Positions 1-13,939 of a stretch of DNA of 64,000 nt are shown piece by piece; within the stretch, counting starts at the first letter, position 1; the number at the start of each line of letters is the position of its first letter. A program made the position numbers and the translations under genes. The stretch spans positions 99,916-163,915 of the forward strand of contig NMRA01000671.1 of the NCBI GenBank assembly GCA_002633005.1, written 5' to 3'. The notes beneath the pieces were generated by a model. It saw nothing but the letters and a program-made list of their open reading frames with translations. It ran no database searches and was not told the DNA's origin. The DNA comes from Phoronis australis (Eukaryota; Animalia; Phoronida).

Positions 1-600
1 GGAACCTAAATATCGGACATTTCAAAAAATCTTACTTGAAGCATAATCTGAGAATTAAATGACACCAATTGTTGTTCCGTTGTAATGCAGTCAATGTCCG
101 GCACCGTCTCGTTTTTTACAGCGTTGCCTCGTTTTGATTTCACCGAGAGAGGGTGCAATTTAGACCCCCAAGTCGGCCTAAAATGGACGATCGCATAAAT
201 CGGTTATAAAAGTTGAAAATAAAATCTTTTTCCACAATGAAACTTTCTCATTGAACTGACAATATGTTACTGTTCCATTTTTTCATTTGTTTTAAACTCA
301 AGTCAAACCCCGACCGCGCACGTGCGGGTGTCATATCAAGAAGCCAAAGTGATAATAAAAACTGCAGTGATTTTGCACGTGCTTTAGTCGTCTGCACTAA
401 TTCATCGAAATGACTTGGCACCGTCATCAGATTTCATTTTATGGATAATTTTGTTGCGAATGGACCTGTGTTCTAGCAGCATATATGTCAAAACACTCGA
501 GCTGAAATTTGGCTACAAGGTGCCAGCGGCCATTACGTGGTTAGTCAGTTTTCCGCGGTGTGGCGTATGGGGAAACATGGTGTCCGATATTTAGGTTCTC
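1..600. mobile_element. MITE with Sola2-like termini (left end clipped by window)
   Basis: GAACCTAAATATCGGACA at 2-19 is the perfect reverse complement of 581-598; right end CTC fits GRG termini; superfamily is inferred. Confidence 0.6.
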
Positions 601-1384
601 CGAAGGTTTGCTTGTTGTGTTCAGTCGGAACATAAATGTGGCTTTCGGTGACAAGATATAGTAACACAACAATTCTATAAAGGTAATTCTTTATTTCAGC
701 AAAGAATTTACAACAATCCGTAGTATTTTGAATTAAATATAATGCAAAATGTGCCAAAACGTCCGATAATTAGGTCACTTGACTGTAGATGATGAGTTTC
801 TAGCGATCTACTTATACGCACGTTGTGAAAATTTATCTGATGAATATTATCACAGCTCGTTACTTTGATACCAGAGACCCCTATCCTCAATTCACGACAC
901 CAGTGAGCAAAGGCTAGTGTGATCATGTACTTCGCCGGAAACGCATACATGTACCATCGCCGGGTTACCCAAGCCTTGGCCCATAGCTGTATACTAAATA
1001 TAGGCCAACAGGTTTGAGCCGATATAGGTAAAAAACGGATAAATAAATTCTGACTCAAAATTAATGTCATTAAAACTAAGATCATCCTTGAGTAAACTTA
1101 TTAACCAAGTTCCTAGAGTAAACAAACTTCAGTATTTACCGGTGTTGGAAAAGTTAGTGATCGTTCATCGGCTGCTGCTAAAAATGTGATGTGTTCTCTT
1201 GAGTTGGCTTTTGCGGTTACGTCACCTGACCTTTACCAGTTTCTTTTTCCCTGATTCTTTTATTAAGTGTTCGTCGCTGCCGGTACCTAGGTTGCATACA
1301 TGTTGCAATAAATTATCGGAACTTGTTTCATTTTGTTACAAGTTTTTAGTATTTTTATACCAGAAAACCGAATTTCAAAACAAT

Positions 1385-2233
1385 CTTGGTGCTGCGAAGC
1401 TGTCATCATGTCCGGGCCGAAAGACGCCTCAAAGTATAGGAAATGGCGCGTGCGCCGTGTCACGAGCGTGCTGTTTTTGAAACGTACGACACTTCTTTGT
1501 TACAAAAGGCGGCAACTTATGCTACCAGATGACGTTTATTTGATTGTTTTCCACATAAACGGCTGCAATGAACAATGTGAGTGTCGGTGTATACCAGATT
1601 TTTCATGAACCTCCCTCCGGTACGTTAGCTTTATATGTTGATGTAGCCTAAGTTTTACGACGATGTGACGAGCATAAGTCAACTATACCCGGGTAGTCAA
1701 CGGTTGTCTGAAATTTTGGGGTTAACAGAGCACAGCACACAGTGGTACGATAGGCTTCATACAGCTATATAGTCGGTAGCTTACCAACCCTTCAAATTTA
1801 CAGAGTTGAGTATTGGCTGGCAGCTGGCTGACTGCCTGGCTAGAGTCCACATTGTCCACGGCACAGCCACACCAGTGTAAATTGTTGATACGGACTGGTT
1901 GCACCGGCAAATTTTCGTCTGACGATGACGATGACTGGGTATCACTTTGTGTTGCCTCGGCTCAAACAGGTATACCTGGTGACCTGACATTTCACACTAA
2001 AATTTCTTATTCCGACAATATGAAAAACGCAACTTGACTGCACGTTAACACAGGACAGTGACTTTGCCCCCGCCAAATACGTCACGAGACGCAGCGCTCC
2101 AAGGCGGTAATATTTTTAGCTTCGTTAGAGAATATATCTTTACTTTTTGTTGTTGAATTATTTGTGAAATTATTCAACAATTCATAGAGAACTATCCAGA
2201 ATTTGTTCAGAATAAAATACAGTTCCCTTTTAA
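1385..2233. mobile_element. Highly decayed Kolobok-like relic (THAP-like + strand, P2X7-tail-like - strand)
   Basis: + strand PKDASKYRKW...LMLPD; - strand YLFEP / SSSSDEN...RINNLHWCGC / TLARQSASCQPI; CCCTT|TTAA at 2225-2233. Confidence 0.45.
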
Positions 2234-4920
2234 GCGAGCATCTGGAGTTTACGTCTTTCACAATTACTTATTTTCATAGGTGTCATTTAAGAAGTGTGTG
2301 TAGTTGCCTCGCGTTTCCAGTCCAGCCATAGTAATCTCAATAGCACTCAGCTATTAGCATCCTGCTTCTAGGTCCGGGAATTTACAGATCTTACGACACG
2401 TCTTATTGAATCAAAGACAATGTGCAGATGAAGAAAAGTGCTACAGTTTTCGATTTGGCTCACACCCCAGGGTGGCAACTATTAGTTGTTACCAGGACAC
2501 AACTATCGACCTCGAGTGCCACAGAACGACTGGTGCTACACAACAATGGGGCCGCTTTCGTGTCGCCTGGAGTTTCACGTTTTGTGTTGTTTTCTTATTC
2601 TTCACAAGTTTTACTTAATTCGATTGCATTACTCTCTTCGTCCTTCCCATGACAATGAATTATTACTGCTATGCTGCCGGGTGCAACACCAACGTCTTTC
2701 CCACATCAATGATTGACACAAAATTGTGCATAATTTCCAAATCTAGGTCGCTTTCTTATCTCGTGGAAAAGGAGAGCTTTATAGGCGTGTAATTCGGGAC
2801 GGTTCTAATAGGTCATATCTTCCGCAAGAAGTGGTTTCCATAGAAAATATTATAATTCAATTGTTTTATGAAAATTTCCATATTTTTGGAATGGAATGCG
2901 GTAGAGACACTATTCCCCAACCATCATATGCGCTGACAATTGATAAGAAATAGAATTTTAAATTTGTTCAGAAACTGATTGAAACTTCATTAATGCCACG
3001 AGGTGTGCAATTTAGAAGACTGAAATTGCGAACGTTAAAATTTCCAGTGATTTTGCAATGAATGTATTTGACGCATGATGAGAAATTTTTAAAACGAGAC
3101 TTGCGAAATTTGAAATTAAAATCAATTGTTCACGTTATACCTTTTAAGTCACATTAGAGTTCCAACACCGTGATTTCGATATAAGCAAAAATGATATTTG
3201 GCCGTTTCTTTATTATAAGTGTTGGTCAACGTTATTAATTAAGTCACCGTTCTTAGAATTAAGTTTAATTCCCGTTCACTCCGCAGTCTAGACCATGCCG
3301 GTTTACTTTGGCCCAATATCAATCTTTTTTGTTATTCATCAGACTCGGTCTTTTGTGCGATGTCACGACTCAAACGCCAATTATCTCCAACGCTGAGTGA
3401 CTCGAAACCGGTGTCAAGAAATAAAAATTCATCGCAGTGTTTTGGCCCATTTTTGTAATATATCTTCCGCAAATGATTTCGTGTACACTATCATTTCACG
3501 GGGAATTCAATTTTAGAAGCCAAATACATGTACCTTACATAATTACCAATTTCTGTTTTTAACTTTTCAAGTAACTTCAGCGAATATCTTATTGCGTGAA
3601 GACATCGCTAATGGAATAATTGCTCAGTACAACACAATAGGAGCTCAGGTCAGAAATGGAAATGTCAGGGGCCGACAGACAGGTTGTCTCGGCAGTTGAT
3701 ATAGAGAATCAGTATCCAACTACAACATAGCTCTGAACGGCCCGTATTCCTAATGAGTGTTAGAGAGTAACATGGAAATCGCTATCAGGGTATGCTTGGT
3801 GTTTATTCTGTTTCGTGAAACAAGACGGATGAAACGCCCTCTACAGCACATGTACGACGTTACAACTTAAGTAAGGCAAAATTCTGCCAGCGTTACTGAT
3901 AGCAACCCGTTGCCTCCGCACATTGTTTGCGCCAGTGCATTCTATGGCATTTGCACTGCGTCAAGAGCTCCTGGTACCCAATAATTTCCACTCTGAGGGG
4001 AAACCAAAGTTACAAACGTAGTCTGGCTCCCTGACTACGAAATATGTTAGAGCTTGGCATTGTTTATATATGTATCTAAGAGTGACATTAAACTATATTT
4101 ACATTTGCATGACATCTACATGTAGGTCGACACACTGGAATTTTTTTGGAGTATAATAAATGCACTTCATATTTCTATTATTTAATTGTTGTTTCATCAT
4201 TGATATGTTTGTTGATCCGCAAGCCGGTATTCCGAAGAGTTTTAGTAGTAGTCCGATTTATCTTAATTTTTAAAATTTTGTGAATTCCTTTTTCCATGGG
4301 TAACTGTTCCGATGGGTCGATTGCACGATTTGAACAAGGTACTACAGAGTAAAAGAAAAAAGTGATTAGCAATGTTTAATCACTTGGTTATGTATGGCAC
4401 GGCAGAATAAAGGTATTTCACTTCAGCTTCAGGAACGTTTTTATGATGGGCGTGGAGTATTTTATTATATCGTGGTTTTCCTTGCCGACAATTATTTACG
4501 CAAATGACCGACTCTATTTCTGTGCAAATAAAAATGTTTTAAACACTTTATCTGTGGTATTAAAATACCACATACGGGTAATAGTTATTCATTTTACCGC
4601 CTTTATTCGAGTTTCAACTCCGCTGCCGAAGCTCGAAGCGTCGCCACTTTTTTGACTATTAGAACGTCGTTCTGTTGATTGTAGGAAGTTCGAACCCATG
4701 ACCTTTTAATCGGGCTGTCAAGCCGACACTATATGGGTTACATTTTTTAACAGTTTACAAACTTGATGTCGCGTCAAAATACAATAAGATAGGGAATGCT
4801 CCAGCTTTAGTTAATGCAAAAATTCACAAACATTCCAAAACCCATAACAATGTGAAGTGTCTTTTTACATTTTCTTATGAGTTCGAAGAAAACCAACAAA
4901 CAGTTACGGCATACATGTAG

Positions 4921-6650
4921 TCACGTACGTTCAATCTCCGCCTCTTGGTTTTCAAGTCTTTTGTAATTTTGAAGGTTGGTCTTGACTAAGTCTTGTAAGA
5001 AGGCCAGGTTAAGACATACGATGGAAATTACCTTGATGAGATGTTGAACACATTCTTTCGTAAAATCAACACTAAAGTTTTTCTTTGTGATATTTGGATA
5101 TGACGAGAATGGTGAGAACATGAGCTCCAAGCTCAGTACTGTTACGCTCTCTCCCTATCTCCTTTATTACGAGAACTTTGTCTTTCGTGTGGTCCTTCCA
5201 AGTTTTAAACGCTGTGCCCAAGTCACAGGTCACAATGAAGAGGCTTTTAAAAATCTGCTTATGCCAAGGAGTTTTCAGGTCAAATGAAGACGTTTTTAAT
5301 AGGGCCTGGGCGAATCGCAGGTTCTCGTACATGGCTTCTTTATCGAAAGCTTCGAAGTCACCCTTAAGTTCAACAAGAATCTCTCTATTTTCATCCGGGT
5401 CAAGTGCTCTGAATATGTCATTGCTTTAAAATGGAAATCTAAGTAACAATTTATTACCGTTTCAGTGTTAATACGACACACTCCAATTCGTGTACTGAAA
5501 TTTTCAGTTAAATTGATCCAAGTCGTGCTCAAAATCACCCGACTATCTTTTATTTCCTCAGAACTTCCTCAAACATTTTGCCAACTTTTGTAAAATGGAA
5601 AAATGCCACGTAACTTGTGTCAGATCACTTTTGAGAAAAAGTAGTTTGAAGACAGATGCATAAAATATGTGTAGCTTTGTAGGCCTGTGTATATTAACAA
5701 TATGGCTTCTCGTTGAGGTAAGCATAATTGTCAGGGTATTTAAAGATGATATGTCTCATTAAATTGTGAATATGCAAAACAACCAATGGTCTTCCGGTGT
5801 CCACGGCCAGAAACTATCCGAAAGCCAGTTACCGCGACAATTTCGCAAAAGTCTCGTTTTGCAGCACTATGTATTTGTAAATGAGTAATATGTCATCGTT
5901 ACCCAAATAAAACAAGGCACAGTTTTTACTATTTGCTCATTTTACTGTCAAATAATGATATCGTGATACTATGAGGTTACTAAGGTTAGTTTGTTTGCGC
6001 ATGTATTTCAGTGCATCAGTTACATGCACGGGTTTTTCAAAACTGGAATTTATTTAAAAATTGTTCCTTTTTCTGATTAGACTTGCTCTCGCAGTTTTCC
6101 ATGGGGTCAGAAGGTGGTGTTTCTACAAATATAATATCCACGGTTTTAATGACACATAGCATCTTTAAAGTACGGCCACGTCATACTGTATTGCTTCTTA
6201 TCGCTTCTTACTTGTCTCGAACTTAGACATTTTTGTTTCATAACAAGCCATCAACTGGATATGTCAAGTACAAACCCGAACAATTCAACAAGATTACAAC
6301 AAATGACGATTCACGCTCTCTTGCCCCGTGGTACAACAGCGTTCGAAACTTAGTGACGTCACCGATTGAGGTGTATAGACTTTGTACAGGGGATTTCCCA
6401 TTGAACTATTCATTTACCATTGAGGGTATATTTACGCTCACCACATCCCCGTTCATTTGCAGTCCCGCAAAGCTCTCAGATGTGCGCTGATAGCTAATCA
6501 CTACGGTCGGTTTAAACTTGACACTATTGTCTTCTAAAGCGGAATGGCAGCATCAAAGTTGGGATTCAGTTTGCTGTTTATGATTAACTGCTGCGTTCTG
6601 ACCCCTACTCCAAGTAAGTATTTACCATCCACAAAATACGTACTTTATAA
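4921..6650 (-). pseudogene. Decayed coding-like sequence of unknown family
   Basis: Long protein-like frames broken by a few stops and frameshifts: STYFVDGKYLLGVGVR.../VKFKPTVVISYQRTSESFAGLQMNGDVVSVNIP... (6650-6060) and DIFRALDPDENREILVELKGDFEAFDKEAMYENLRFAQALLK...EIGRERNSTELGAH (5420-4921). Confidence 0.4.
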
Positions 6651-6811
6651 ATTAAAACTTCATTGTTCGGTAGCTTTCAAAATAGATATAAGCAGAGGTC
6701 GACGTAATTTTGTCAAGTTCTGCCAAACTTGGACGAACCTATTTTAGAAACTTGACTAGGAAGTTGTTTTGCAGTAGAATGGACATTTTGTCGAGCTCTA
6801 ATCAGTGATAA

Positions 6812-7648
6812 CTGAGATACTTCTAAAACCCACTCGACCCCCACACCCCACGTCCCTCTCGAGCATTGACCTCCTCGACCCACAACCTGCGACCCCCACG
6901 ACCTACAACCCCCTCAACCCAGTATACATGAGCTGGACTCATTCTGAAGATACAAAAAGCGCTGACTTGCAGGACCAATGAATTGTGGGCCGTGAGCCCA
7001 GCTGGTTTTTCCCTATTTTTGCAATTAAGAGAATTGATTCGGCAAGTTTAAAAGCCAAAGACAAAAAAAAAAAAACAACGACCAAGTCAAATGAAAGATC
7101 TACCAACGTTGAAATGTCGTTCCCGGCAGATTCTAATCGTCTCGTCTGCTCTTCAGTGAATGGCAGATTCAAACTTTTTACTGAGAGTGGCCAGGAGGAA
7201 GAGGCAAAACTGTGATTTCATCAGTAAATACAGTTTGAAAAAACCAACTGTCAACTAAAAAGTAATTCAACGTAATATTGTAAACGAGTATTAAGCAGAA
7301 AGCAAGTTATAAAAATGTGAAATTATGTACCTTGACGTTGACTTGCCATTTGTAGCCGCTCGTGTACCTATTTCCGTGGCAACGATAGCGCGGTTACAAT
7401 GCGCTATTTCAGATCACGTTCTAGCGTCACTTTCTGTTTTAATCACCAGACTTCAGCTGGAGCAGACTCGCGTGTAGGTATGTCTTATGGAAAAGTCACT
7501 CAGCGATGTAATAAGAATATGAAATATGTAAAAAGCGCAAAAGACCTCTGTTGCCACAGGTCGTGAGACCTGGGGTTGTGGTTCGAGAGGGTCGTGGGTC
7601 GAGGGAAGTGGGGGTCGAGGGGATCGAGGGGGTTTAGAACAATCCGTG
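6812..7648. mobile_element. TIR element with inverted subterminal arrays of CGACCC motifs
   Basis: TTCTAAAACCCACTCGACCC... at about 6821-6920 mirrored by ...GGGATCGAGGGGGTTTAGAA at about 7570-7640. Confidence 0.65.
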
Positions 7649-10421
7649 CTTATTGTGATGTTATTGTCTAATTCTGTATTTGTATAGAGTTTTGCGAGGT
7701 AAGTTGTTGCAATTTCGACAACTGCGTGGAGTCACACCTGCCAAGCTATATTGAGTCGTGCTCACGTCTAAAAAATGATTGCTTTTTATGCGTGGAAGGC
7801 GACGCCGCTCTGTTTACTTTGAAAACTACTGTAATGGAAAACCATTAATTGCCTATGCTCAGTTAACCGCTATGTTTAGTAAGAAGAATACCACGTAGAG
7901 TAGAAAGAACTAGAAAGCAATAACACATAAGTCCATTGCAAATAACATTATAGGAATACTATACAAATTTGACAACTAAACCTATAGACAAACCGGTACG
8001 AACCAGATACCCTTATTCACACCTGTAGAAAAATAGGCTCTCGAAATGTGGGGCCACTGTAAGTGAAAATTCTCTGAAAACCTAGTGTGGGCCTCCTTGC
8101 GCTGTGGCGTGCCAGTCTGTTCTATGAACTCGCTAACTAAGTAAATTTCCCGACGCCGATGAGGTTGATTAACATCACCTGAATTATTCTAAGTGTTTCT
8201 AATTCGGAAACATTTTATTGCACGCCGCGAGTAACCGGTATGATGTGTAAGTCTTTCGGATGACTGAGCATCGTGACACCCGGCCCAATTCAAGCGAATT
8301 AACCACAAAGTAATATTCAATACCGTGAGAAAATTTTGTGTATTACACTCCATTACAGCGTCCTGTCGTTCAGTAACTTTTCCAGACGTGGGGGTTGATG
8401 AACGTGCGATAATATCTGGCTTAATTTAACTTTCATTTTATCAGCCCACCCCAGTCAGGCTAGATACGATCTGATCGGAAATTAGAGCAATTATCAAACA
8501 AAAGAGCGCAAGCCCTCCAACCATCAACGCCAGAATGGAGTTAATTGGCTAGGGGGGTAAACTTCCCAACTTGTTGTTGGGCTATCCAGTCGAACAAGTT
8601 GGGAACAACGGGATGTCGCCGTCATGCTTTCTCAGTGCTCCATGCACTGTCTCTTATCTGATTTGTATATCAGGCTCTATTGTCCCTGCATTAACTTTCA
8701 TACTAAAGGCTATGTTTACACTGTGCCTTTTACGTAACAATAGGTATACATTTGCTTGTCAACGAAAGCCAATCTGTCCCAACTGATGAAGTCACCAAGC
8801 GTAGATACATGCATTTCAGTTGGCAGTGTTTTAAGTTCCTGTTTGTAAATATACATGTACCACGTCATTTCGCTCATATAACATGAGGCACGCTTATCCG
8901 AAGTAAGTGATGTTTACATACTATTTGAAGTTTAAGCATTCAGTGAGAAGTAAATCGCGAATGACTGGTTTGCAAGCACCATAATTATATCTGGAGCTTG
9001 AAACAGACCATAACAAAATTTTAAGAAAAATACCTTTGCACTTCAACTCTGTAACGGCCACCTATATTGTTTTTGCATGACGTCCCAATCAGTTCATGTT
9101 GGAGGACACGTTTTTAGTATGGTTGTGGACCTAGGACGCAGTTCTTAGCCCAATGCTAGTTAGGCAACACGTAGCGACTAGGTTGACCGGTTGGGAGCAA
9201 AAATACTTCCCATCGAGTTCTATGCTAATTTCGTACCATGCACTTTAAATGGGCGGTAAGCTGCACAACTGTTCGGGGAATGTTTCAACTTTTATATTCC
9301 CTGATTGATTTTGTCTAAGTTTCAGACCAAGTTTTGTTATTTTTAATGGTACAGTGCTATAATTCGTATATTCCACAAACTGAAAAATCTTATATATATA
9401 TANATTTCGGAGTAGTAGGGTAGGAGGTCAACAAATATGCGACTTTTTAAAAATTTTGTTCAACAACACTCAAAATTTGATTTAAAATTAAATGGTTTCA
9501 GTTTAGATTGTTAAGACTATTGTCTGTTTTTGAAAACTATAAAAGTTAAGGAAAACGGTGGGACATTAAAACACTATTTTTGGAAGTGTGGTTACATTAA
9601 GAAAATTTGGATTTATCTTAACCCCCAGGTTATTGATTAGTGTGCTGGTTATTATGTTGACACTCTCCTACAAAACAGTAATCTTTGGTAAAGACGACAA
9701 GCTAGTATTACTGACTGACATATTACTATTTTTCGGAAAACATTTTATCTTTATTTCTAAGCGTAAAGACCGAAGTTTGTGTTTTAACGGCTTTTTAAAT
9801 ACTGTCAGTCACTTTTACAACTATGAAAAGTATAGACCCTAAGGAGAAAATTCCTACGGGTCTACGGTCCAGGGTAGTGTACGAATTTATCTGTGCTGTA
9901 TGTGTCCTCAGTTATATAGGCGAAAGTGTTCGCCATTTGAAAACCAGGACCAGGGAACATCTAAATCCTAACTGAGGTTCACATGTAAACATTCATGTAC
10001 AGAGATCAAATCATTGTTATCAGCAATGATTTTTCAACGACTTTGCAATAATTGACAGAGCAAAAACAACAAACTACTTAAAATACGTGAGACTCTACAC
10101 ATCAATTGGTGCAAGCCCAATAGAACTATCGCCAGGACTTTGAGTGACGGCTTAACTGACCAGTCAGAACGCATCATTCTCGACACACCGTTGTTTCCAA
10201 GCCGCCATTTTACCCGACAAACAACACGTTGCCGTGTAAAACTTGTTGTTTGTTTGTCAACATTACGCAAGAGGGCGGAGCTTGCGATAGGTCAAATTGA
10301 ATAGGCAACTGTCACACCACAGGTTGTCATTGTTGGTCTAGTGTATTGTCACTTCGTGTAACTGACGGTGTGTCTTCCATCGCTTGTTACTGGGACTAAC
10401 AAGGTGTCCACTATATTCTCT

Positions 10422-10466
10422 CTTCTGATGATTGTGTTTGAATAAATGACACCGAAACATGTCAAG
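10422..10466 (+). ncRNA. Minimal type I hammerhead ribozyme motif (Penelope-like element relic)
   Basis: CTT-CTGATGA-[GTGTT...GACAC stem II]-GAAAC-AT-GTC-AAG: intact core, palindromic minimal stem III, 3-bp stem I. Confidence 0.55.
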
Positions 10467-11231
10467 TCAATTTAAAATCGTTGTTGTTTTTATGGATATA
10501 TACCCTGTATAAATTCAAGTGCGTAAAACATTAAAAAAATTGGAAAAACTTGAAACCTTTTTCATAACATGATGTGCGATCTTGTTCGTAAGGGTGTGAT
10601 TGGTGTTAGTTTTTGTTTCACGTTTTTGCAACAGCGATATTTTGTATTGTCAAGTGGTAAATTTCCAATAAATGGTTAGCAAAATGAACGTAAGCCAATT
10701 TCTTGAAACTCCGACAGGCCCCTGGACTACACCTGATAACACCTGCAGTACGTCTGCGAACTATCTTTTGTCTGGTATAAAAACAGGCTTAAGAGAGTTA
10801 TTGGAGCAAGCAAAACTACTGCAAAGCTGCTGTTATTCAATGTTATGTTGTTTCGGTTTGCTGAAAAGCATTGGCAATGAGACTTGTTCCACAATGGAGT
10901 TAGTCAATCGTCAAACATAATGTCTGCGTTGGTGCACCAGCCAACGTGTTTGTTTGATTTCCGATCGAACAGAACGGGTTAACAAGCGACTGCCCTACTG
11001 TTTGTCTTAAAAAACTTTCCCCAGATTGTGACAATATCCTTACAAAATACACATCACTACGGTATCCTAAACACATCGGAAACACATGACGCTGACAGCA
11101 CCGGGGTCCACGTTATTGCGGGGTACACAACGAGTATATATTCATAAAATCAGGCCCTAATGACGAAGCAAAGGGTTACATGTATATGTGTACATGTATA
11201 TGTACTCGTATATGTTTACGTATATGTACAT

Positions 11232-13916
11232 CAGGCCCGTAGGAAGGCAAAAATTATTGGGGGGCACAAACAACCTCCCCCATCGCCACCACCTCCGCCA
11301 CCCTCTGCCTTTACCCCCGTGCTCCCGATGCCACCATATTTGTACCGAATCCCCCAGGTACACACCTAGGTGGAGCCACAGTGGCGGATTTAGGGGTGGC
11401 CAAGGGGCCATGGCCCCCTAGAATTCTCACAGATTCCATTTGGCAGTTCGAGGGTACGAATTTCTGACGGGTAAAACCCTGGCTAGATACTCTGCCCAAC
11501 CCCCCAACTCAAAATTATGGATCCGCCCCTGGGACAATTCCGGATATGAAGCCACCAAGAGTTGAGTATCCGAGAACCAACTCGGAGAGTAATATTGGGC
11601 TTACGGCCAGTACACTGACCGGTAGCGAGGAGCTGTCTCAAGTAGCTATACCCGAGATCTAACAGTGTGAAAATACGAAATCCCTGATGAACTAAACTAG
11701 TTGCTGGTCAGCTCAGCTGTGATTAACTGAAGACAGGCAGCTCGTACCGGCCGTCTGCGCTCGCAGTAAGGTCAAAATTCATTTTATTGTGACCCAGTTC
11801 CGGGAAAACTTTATTTTACGATGCTCATTCTTTGAAGGAGTTTTCTTTGAAAAGGTGAGGTCCCGAAGTCCCTGGTATAGTGCCTTTGGTGCTGTTTCAA
11901 AATGCCTAGTTGAAACACGAAACGTTAGTCCAGTTTCTGGTGGCTGGGGAAAAGGACAGTGTGTCACAAAAATTACACTTCCTAAACGCCTGGAGTTCAA
12001 ATTCAGTTGCCGTGGATCACTGAGATTCTGCGCGGGCCTACTGCATTGTTACATCTTATTTTTATCGTGGCAACGTCACTCATGACGTGCACTACGTGAA
12101 TCAGGACAACCAATGAATTCAGTTTTGACTTGACAAAAAATTAATTGCTCAATACTACTGGAAACTAAAAACATCAAGGAAGTGCAAAGACAACCTTTCC
12201 AAGCAATGAGTTAAATTTCATGATTTTTAAAACACATTTTCTAACTACGGTTTGAGAGTCCAAATTTCATCAATGTCTGAGAGTTATTTAGGTATGCAAA
12301 AATCGTCCATAAGTGCACTTTACTATTTAAGGATCGGATTATAGTATTTCCAACTTCAGGCTGCAATTAAATTCAATGAAACATCATCAATTCTTACAAC
12401 ATTACCTTTTAATTATCAAAAATCATCTATGAATCTATCGATTTTCGTAGACACATAATCAAGTAAATCAGAAACAAATGAATTTGTTTATCAAAATGGA
12501 ATGTTATAGCAATTTCTGGGAGGAATATGGGAGATGGGGCATTCGTATTAAGGTGTATTTTTTCACACTTCAGAGCTACATGTACCTATAACGGTTAACG
12601 AGGTAAACCTGAAATCCGCTGACAAAAAAACTGAAATCTTTGTTTATGATTGCGAGAGTTCTTTGACTACCCCTTTCGACATGTGCATCGTAAATAGCCT
12701 AGACAGCAGTGTTTTCCACATGTGGGAATTCCTTACAAACAACTCACAGTAACCATCTTCAAAAGAGGTACTATTATTGTGATACTACGGGAAACAGCAA
12801 CACTCTATTTTATAATTAACCATTGGAAATAATCCCTTTGTGTAATTCACAAACAGTGGCATTCACGTTCTTCAAAATTCCACCCTTTCGATGGCGGCAA
12901 TCCTTCTGTATTAATTTTGGTTGCTTGGGTCGAATGGCTGCTCTGTGCACGAATGTTTTGTGCTTTTTTGGTGAATTTTGAATCTCAACTTCCATCGTAA
13001 ATACTTGGCGGCTTCGTATTTACATGTAAAGAAAGACAAAAGGACATTTCCCCCGAACTGCTCCATCGACAGAGGGTGCCGTCTGAAATGGGACACCTTA
13101 ATATGACAGGCTAAACATCATTAAGATTGGAAAAAAAGAGTGACAGTGCATTCCACCGTCGTGTGGTCCCAAAACGATGGAGTGAGTGACCTCTTTCAAC
13201 ATGGAAGCCGGTTGCACGATTTCACAAAAACAGGAAAACAGAGGTAATCGATTCTACCGTTGGGCTCTCTCTCCGTGAGCGGCCCCTTAAGAATTTGCCA
13301 ATGAAAAACCCAAATAGGGTGGCCACTTGAATGCATCAATAGACTCCTTCAAGGGCGGGGTCCCTAAATATAAAAATATCTATATTTTCGAATATCAGGA
13401 AATGCGCAGCAATTGATGTTATCTGTCAGGTCATCAATTTTTCTCAAGCAACATACAGTTTTGAGAAAAAAAAATAAAGGGAAAGTTGTCTCCATTATCC
13501 CTTGCCAGAGAGGGACATCTGGAAAATTATATTTTTGCAATCGCAAAATTGACTTACTGGATTTAAACATCCAGTAAATTAGTACGTTCCGCAAGAGCTT
13601 CGCTTTACAAATTTTCGAAATATATGCGTTATTGATTTGGCGCACGTCTTCAAGTGCTTTTAGACGACCTGTGCTGCAATAGCGGTGACCCGAACGACAA
13701 TGTCCTGGCTAGGGTTCTCAAAAGGTAAACCATGCACTGATGCCGAGTTATTAAATGTTCTCTTGAATTTTCTCTCTTATCCGTATTTCTGATTTTTTTC
13801 TTTTCTCGGCTGTCCCCTGCCCCACGCCTATGTCGGTTGCCACGGTTTAACCCTGACGCCTGAAATTTTTTGGGGGACCCGTGCCCCCAGCCCCCCTCCC
13901 CCTTCCTACGGCCCTG
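11232..13916. mobile_element. ~2.7 kb non-autonomous TIR element (hAT-like ends), copy A
   Basis: TIR CAGGCCCGTAGGAAGG / CCTTCCTACGGCCCTG (15 of 16 match); interior homologous in reverse to 51625-56733; no clean TSD seen. Confidence 0.7.
11379..11531. mobile_element. hAT-like MITE (same family), shared with copy B at about 56568-56720
   Basis: CAGTGGCGGATTT...GGATCCGCCCCTG. Confidence 0.7.
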
Positions 13917-13939
13917 TTTATATGTATCTAAAGTTCGTA

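Noticed and set aside
3385-3430. GAAACCGGTGTCAAGAAATAAA resembling a Penelope hammerhead 3' half
   Set aside because: No intact CTGANGA core with a pairable stem II.
9390-9405. Single N within a TA run
   Set aside because: Assembly ambiguity or gap marker rather than biology; contiguity across it is uncertain.
11160-11369. Proline-rich 69-aa ORF
   Set aside because: It derives from TA/TG low complexity and the C-rich end of a TIR element.
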